Position numbers and translations under genes: made by a program
Part shown: positions 39,954 to 42,538 of the stretch, piece by piece
Position numbering within the stretch: the stretch's first letter is position 1
How the letters are laid out: each line of letters begins with the position of its first letter
NCBI GenBank assembly: GCA_964493895.1
Contig: CAZBPY010000001.1
Span: forward strand, 165,245-207,782
Source of the DNA: an uncultured Candidatus Saccharibacteria bacterium
Lineage (GTDB): Bacteria > Patescibacteriota > Saccharimonadia > Saccharimonadales > JAGQNJ01
Length of the DNA stretch: 42,538 nucleotides
Reading direction: 5' to 3'
Notes under the pieces: model-generated
The model's input: the letters and a program-made list of their open reading frames with translations, nothing else
Databases searched by the model: none
What the model was told of the DNA's origin: nothing

Positions 39954-40457
39954 ATGAATGAAACACTAGATCAACCAAGAGAACACATAGATTTATCAAC
40001 TGATGAGTACACGGCTGCATTTGCTGCTGCTCCGCTTTATGCTAAGAAGTCTCTAGTTAAAATGAGAGCTGCAACACCAGGTGAAACTATTGTCACAAGG
40101 CTACAGGATGGCACAGTGGAAACCACAAACACAGCTGGTAAAAACCAAGTTGTTGTTACAAATCTTGGTGGTGAGGAGTATATTATCGATGCTGATAAGG
40201 CTGCTAAGCGTTATGAAGAAACAGATGAACCTGGCGTCTTTAGGGCAACAGGCATGGCAAGAATTATAGATAACCCTACTGGAGGTGACGTAAGCGTGAC
40301 GGCTCCTTGGGGTGAAGAGCAGCTTGGAGCGGCTGACTGTAAGTTTGCTGCACTCTATGATCCAACTCAGCCAGAGGTGGTAAGCGACGACCGCTATATA
40401 TTGGGTGCTGCCGAGTTTGCAGAAACCTACGGTCTTGTCGAAGAAGTGCTGGGATAA
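39954..40457 (+). CDS. Cassette 5: PGDYG-like protein with an internal tandem duplication
   Basis: Two halves ending GGEEYIIDADKAAKRYE and DDRYILGAAEFAETYG; TATAGT 7 nt before ATG 39954. Confidence 0.7.
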   Translation: MNETLDQPREHIDLSTDEYTAAFAAAPLYAKKSLVKMRAATPGETIVTRLQDGTVETTNTAGKNQVVVTNLGGEEYIIDADKAAKRYEETDEPGVFRATGMARIIDNPTGGDVSVTAPWGEEQLGAADCKFAALYDPTQPEVVSDDRYILGAAEFAETYGLVEEVLG

Positions 40458-40465
40458 CAAGCCTA

Positions 40466-40489
40466 GGTTCAAAGCTCTTCGCTTTATCG
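40466..40489 (+). repeat. Array repeat copy 5 (collapsed single site)
   Basis: ctaGGTTCAAAGCTCTTCGCTTTATCG; left-site flank joined to right-site core. Confidence 0.85.
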
Positions 40490-40560
40490 TCTACGTGTCA
40501 AAATTTTAACGGTTTAATCGATTAACGTGCAGTACCCTTAAGAATGTAAATAAGGAGACT

Positions 40561-40953
40561 ATGATGGCTCAACCAACCCACAAGGTAAAAGAGACTACTA
40601 CACGGGCCGGCGACACGGTTCAGAAAACGACCCAAGTTCAAGATGGTGCTGCTGGGGAAGAACATGCTACCACCGTGGTGGATCGAGTTATTTGGCTGGT
40701 GGCCGGACTTCTAACAGTCATTCTGGCTTTTAGGTTTGTGCTGGCATTGTTGGGAGCCAATCCGGAAAATGCTTTCGCCAACTTCATTTACAGTCTTTCC
40801 AGTCCGTTGGCAGCGCCATTTTTTGGGTTGTTCAGTTATGATAGCACCTATACGGGCGTTGGCCGCTTTGAATTTTTCACCCTGGTGGCCATAGCTGTCT
40901 ACCTGGTTATAGCCTGGCTAATTTCCAGAGTCATCACTCTGAACCAGGCTTAG
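40561..40953 (+). CDS. YggT family membrane protein
   Basis: RFVLALLGANPENAFANFIYSLSSPLAAPFFGLF; AGGAG SD. Confidence 0.85.
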   Translation: MMAQPTHKVKETTTRAGDTVQKTTQVQDGAAGEEHATTVVDRVIWLVAGLLTVILAFRFVLALLGANPENAFANFIYSLSSPLAAPFFGLFSYDSTYTGVGRFEFFTLVAIAVYLVIAWLISRVITLNQA

Positions 40954-40980
40954 ATCAAAACTCTTTGCTGCACCATCAAT

Positions 40981-41271
40981 TTACTTGACGCCTTGGATGT
41001 GGGTTTCGCAGACATGGCCTTTGTTGCGAATAGTTAAAGTTAGAATCGTGGCAGTGGCTAGAAATTGAATGGTGCCCAACACTATGAAAACTAGAGTCCC
41101 TAAATAGATTGCATTTGCCAGAACCAGGGCCGAGGAAATCATCCATATGCTGAAGGCTCGTATGCTAATACCAGCGCTGCATTTCTCGACAATTAGGTGA
41201 TGAATCTGCGGCAGGTAGGCGTAACCGCCAAGAAAGGCTCCGCTTAGCCCGACAATGTTAAACATGTCCAT
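40981..41271 (-). CDS. PQ-loop (SemiSWEET-like) three-helix membrane protein
   Basis: YLPQIHHL...SAGIS motif, three TM segments. Confidence 0.85.
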   Translation of the reverse strand: MDMFNIVGLSGAFLGGYAYLPQIHHLIVEKCSAGISIRAFSIWMISSALVLANAIYLGTLVFIVLGTIQFLATATILTLTIRNKGHVCETHIQGVK

Positions 41272-41329
41272 AACCTGCAGTATACACCACGCTTATGATA
41301 TACTTAAATAGTTAAACAGGAATTAAAGT

Positions 41330-42019
41330 ATGAAGCCTATCTTCAAAGAAAGCCGTCCACTGGTCGGCAATGTCAAAACTTACGTATTTACTCCCAAGGA
41401 AAAGATTTCTTGGCAGCCGGGCCAGTTTATTCACTATAAATTGCCGCACGCCAGTGCCGATGATCGCGGCGAAGAGCGGTGGTTCACTGTGGCCAGTCCG
41501 CCGTATCAGAACGAAGTTTGGATTACTACTCGTTTTTTTGAAGACAAGCCGAGTACATTTAAGAAAGCCCTCAACAACCTAAAGCCAGGCGACGAGATTG
41601 AGACAGGCGAACCCGAAGGCGACTTTATTGCTGACAACCCCAATCAGAACTACATTTTCGTAGCCGGCGGTATCGGCATCACGCCGTTTCACTCAATCCT
41701 GGCTCAGTGGGATCATGACGGGCAGCCAATTAATGTCGAGCTTTTGTATGCTAACCGCGACGAGAACGCTATTCCGTTTAAGGATGAACTGGAGGCGCTT
41801 AGCAAAAAGCATCCAAACTTCAACATCACTTACTTTATCGGCGATAACCGTATCGATGAAAAAGCTCTGAAAGAATTCGGCCAAAAAGTCGATAATCCTT
41901 ACTATTATGTGTCAGGTCCGGAACCAATGGTTGAAGCGTTTGAGAAAATGCTGGAAAATATAGAGGTTCCTAAAGATCGCCGGAAGTTTGACTACTTCCC
42001 GGGTTATCAACCAGAGTAA
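41330..42019 (+). CDS. FAD-binding FNR-type oxidoreductase
   Basis: WQPGQF, RWFTVASPP, GEPEGDF, VAGGIGITPF, YVSGPEPMV. Confidence 0.93.
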   Translation: MKPIFKESRPLVGNVKTYVFTPKEKISWQPGQFIHYKLPHASADDRGEERWFTVASPPYQNEVWITTRFFEDKPSTFKKALNNLKPGDEIETGEPEGDFIADNPNQNYIFVAGGIGITPFHSILAQWDHDGQPINVELLYANRDENAIPFKDELEALSKKHPNFNITYFIGDNRIDEKALKEFGQKVDNPYYYVSGPEPMVEAFEKMLENIEVPKDRRKFDYFPGYQPE

Positions 42020-42022
42020 TAT

Positions 42023-42340
42023 ATGCTATCACCTAAAGAACACGCTCGGCTGCAGAAATACATCAACGGCCTTGAAGTCACCAGGTTGTCTGAAGCTTTC
42101 GATGCCCTAAGCGAACCAAAACGCTGTTTGATTTTCCGGGCCCTTCTGAGTCAGAAGGATCTCAGCGTTGGCGAAGTGGCTGATGTGGTCAACATATCCC
42201 TGCCGCTGGCTTCTCAACACCTGAAAATTCTATTGATGGCTAAACTGGTTTCTAAATCTAAATCTGGCCGGACGGTCTATTACCAGATCAATTACGATGA
42301 TCCGTTAGTGCTAGCTTTAGAGCGGGCTGTCGACGAATAA
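42023..42340 (+). CDS. ArsR/SmtB family regulator
   Basis: FDALSEPKRCLIF, LSVGEVA, LPLASQHLKIL..AKLV, GRTVYY. Confidence 0.92.
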   Translation: MLSPKEHARLQKYINGLEVTRLSEAFDALSEPKRCLIFRALLSQKDLSVGEVADVVNISLPLASQHLKILLMAKLVSKSKSGRTVYYQINYDDPLVLALERAVDE

Positions 42341-42348
42341 ACACCATA

Positions 42349-42465
42349 TCAGCGGTACTGGTTTTGTTGATTGCTGCCGACTTTGGGTGCCTGGGGTACG
42401 CGGCCGGCTTTGTTAGGCTGTTTAGCAGAAGTTTGCGACTTTTTATCAGTTTTGTGCTTGCCCAT
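42349..42465 (-). CDS. Small basic protein (38 aa) MGKHKTDKKSQTSAKQPNKAGRVPQAPKVGSNQQNQYR
   Basis: AGGAG SD upstream of ATG 42465; below the ORF-track size cutoff. Confidence 0.55.
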   Translation of the reverse strand: MGKHKTDKKSQTSAKQPNKAGRVPQAPKVGSNQQNQYR

Positions 42466-42490
42466 AAGTTGGTCTCCTGTTTTTAATGCT

Positions 42491-42538
42491 TTAATCTCCG
42501 AGATTGAAATCTTCGTCTCGCAGTTCACCGGCCTCGAC
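42491..42538 (-). CDS. 3' end of a gene entering from outside the window (...VEAGELRDEDFNLGD-stop)
   Basis: Open frame from the window end to TAA at 42491-42493. Confidence 0.5.
   Translation of the reverse strand, partial: VEAGELRDEDFNLGD

Larger units (their letters stand above)
37154..40495. mobile_element. tRNA-anchored tandem array of five single-gene cassettes separated by att-like repeats
   Basis: Unrelated small genes in mixed orientation alternate with five copies of one repeat family, starting right after the tRNA CCA; no integrase in the window. Confidence 0.75.

Noticed and set aside
37538-40489. CRISPR array interpretation of the repeats
   Set aside because: The repeats are ~164 bp and divergent, the 'spacers' are whole genes of 300-700 bp, and there are no cas genes
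37538-40489. Classical integron attC sites or IS/MITE elements
   Set aside because: No RYYYAAC/GTTRRRY palindromic ends, no terminal inverted repeats, no target-site duplications and no intI or transposase in the window

Overview
This is a very gene-dense bacterial window (genetic code 11). Gene content and promoter style suggest Patescibacteria, probably Ca. Saccharibacteria; that assignment is inference. 1-14.7 kb is a surface-glycan and envelope locus: two secreted or anchored proteins, a GT2-DUF2304-GtrA trio, ugd, rmlBCDA, PMM/PGM, GT4, a priming sugar transferase, a WaaL-like protein, a second GtrA, a LexA-like repressor lacking its protease domain, and uppP. 14.7-37 kb is housekeeping and membrane genes: nadD-like, mgtE, dsbA, a CNNM/CBS protein, aspS, a GDSL hydrolase, a beta-propeller surface protein, mscS, tsaC, a deoxyribosyltransferase, murC, an ABC-2 exporter, a CruF-like protein, dus and HxlR/FMN reductase. 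This part has two unexplained structured intergenic regions, near 14.8 kb and 18.2-18.5 kb. The standout feature lies directly downstream of a tRNA(CAU) at 37078-37153: a tandem array of five single-gene cassettes. Each cassette is closed by a copy of a ~164-bp element that begins GGTTCAA and ends in a tRNA-like GGTTCAA...CCACCA. On the minus strand the element encodes a start-less 44-aa peptide conserved through synonymous substitution. The last two copies are the most decayed, and no integrase is present in the window. 40.5-42.5 kb returns to core-like genes (YggT, PQ-loop, FNR-type reductase, ArsR). All annotations come from motif recognition by eye; no database searches were run.
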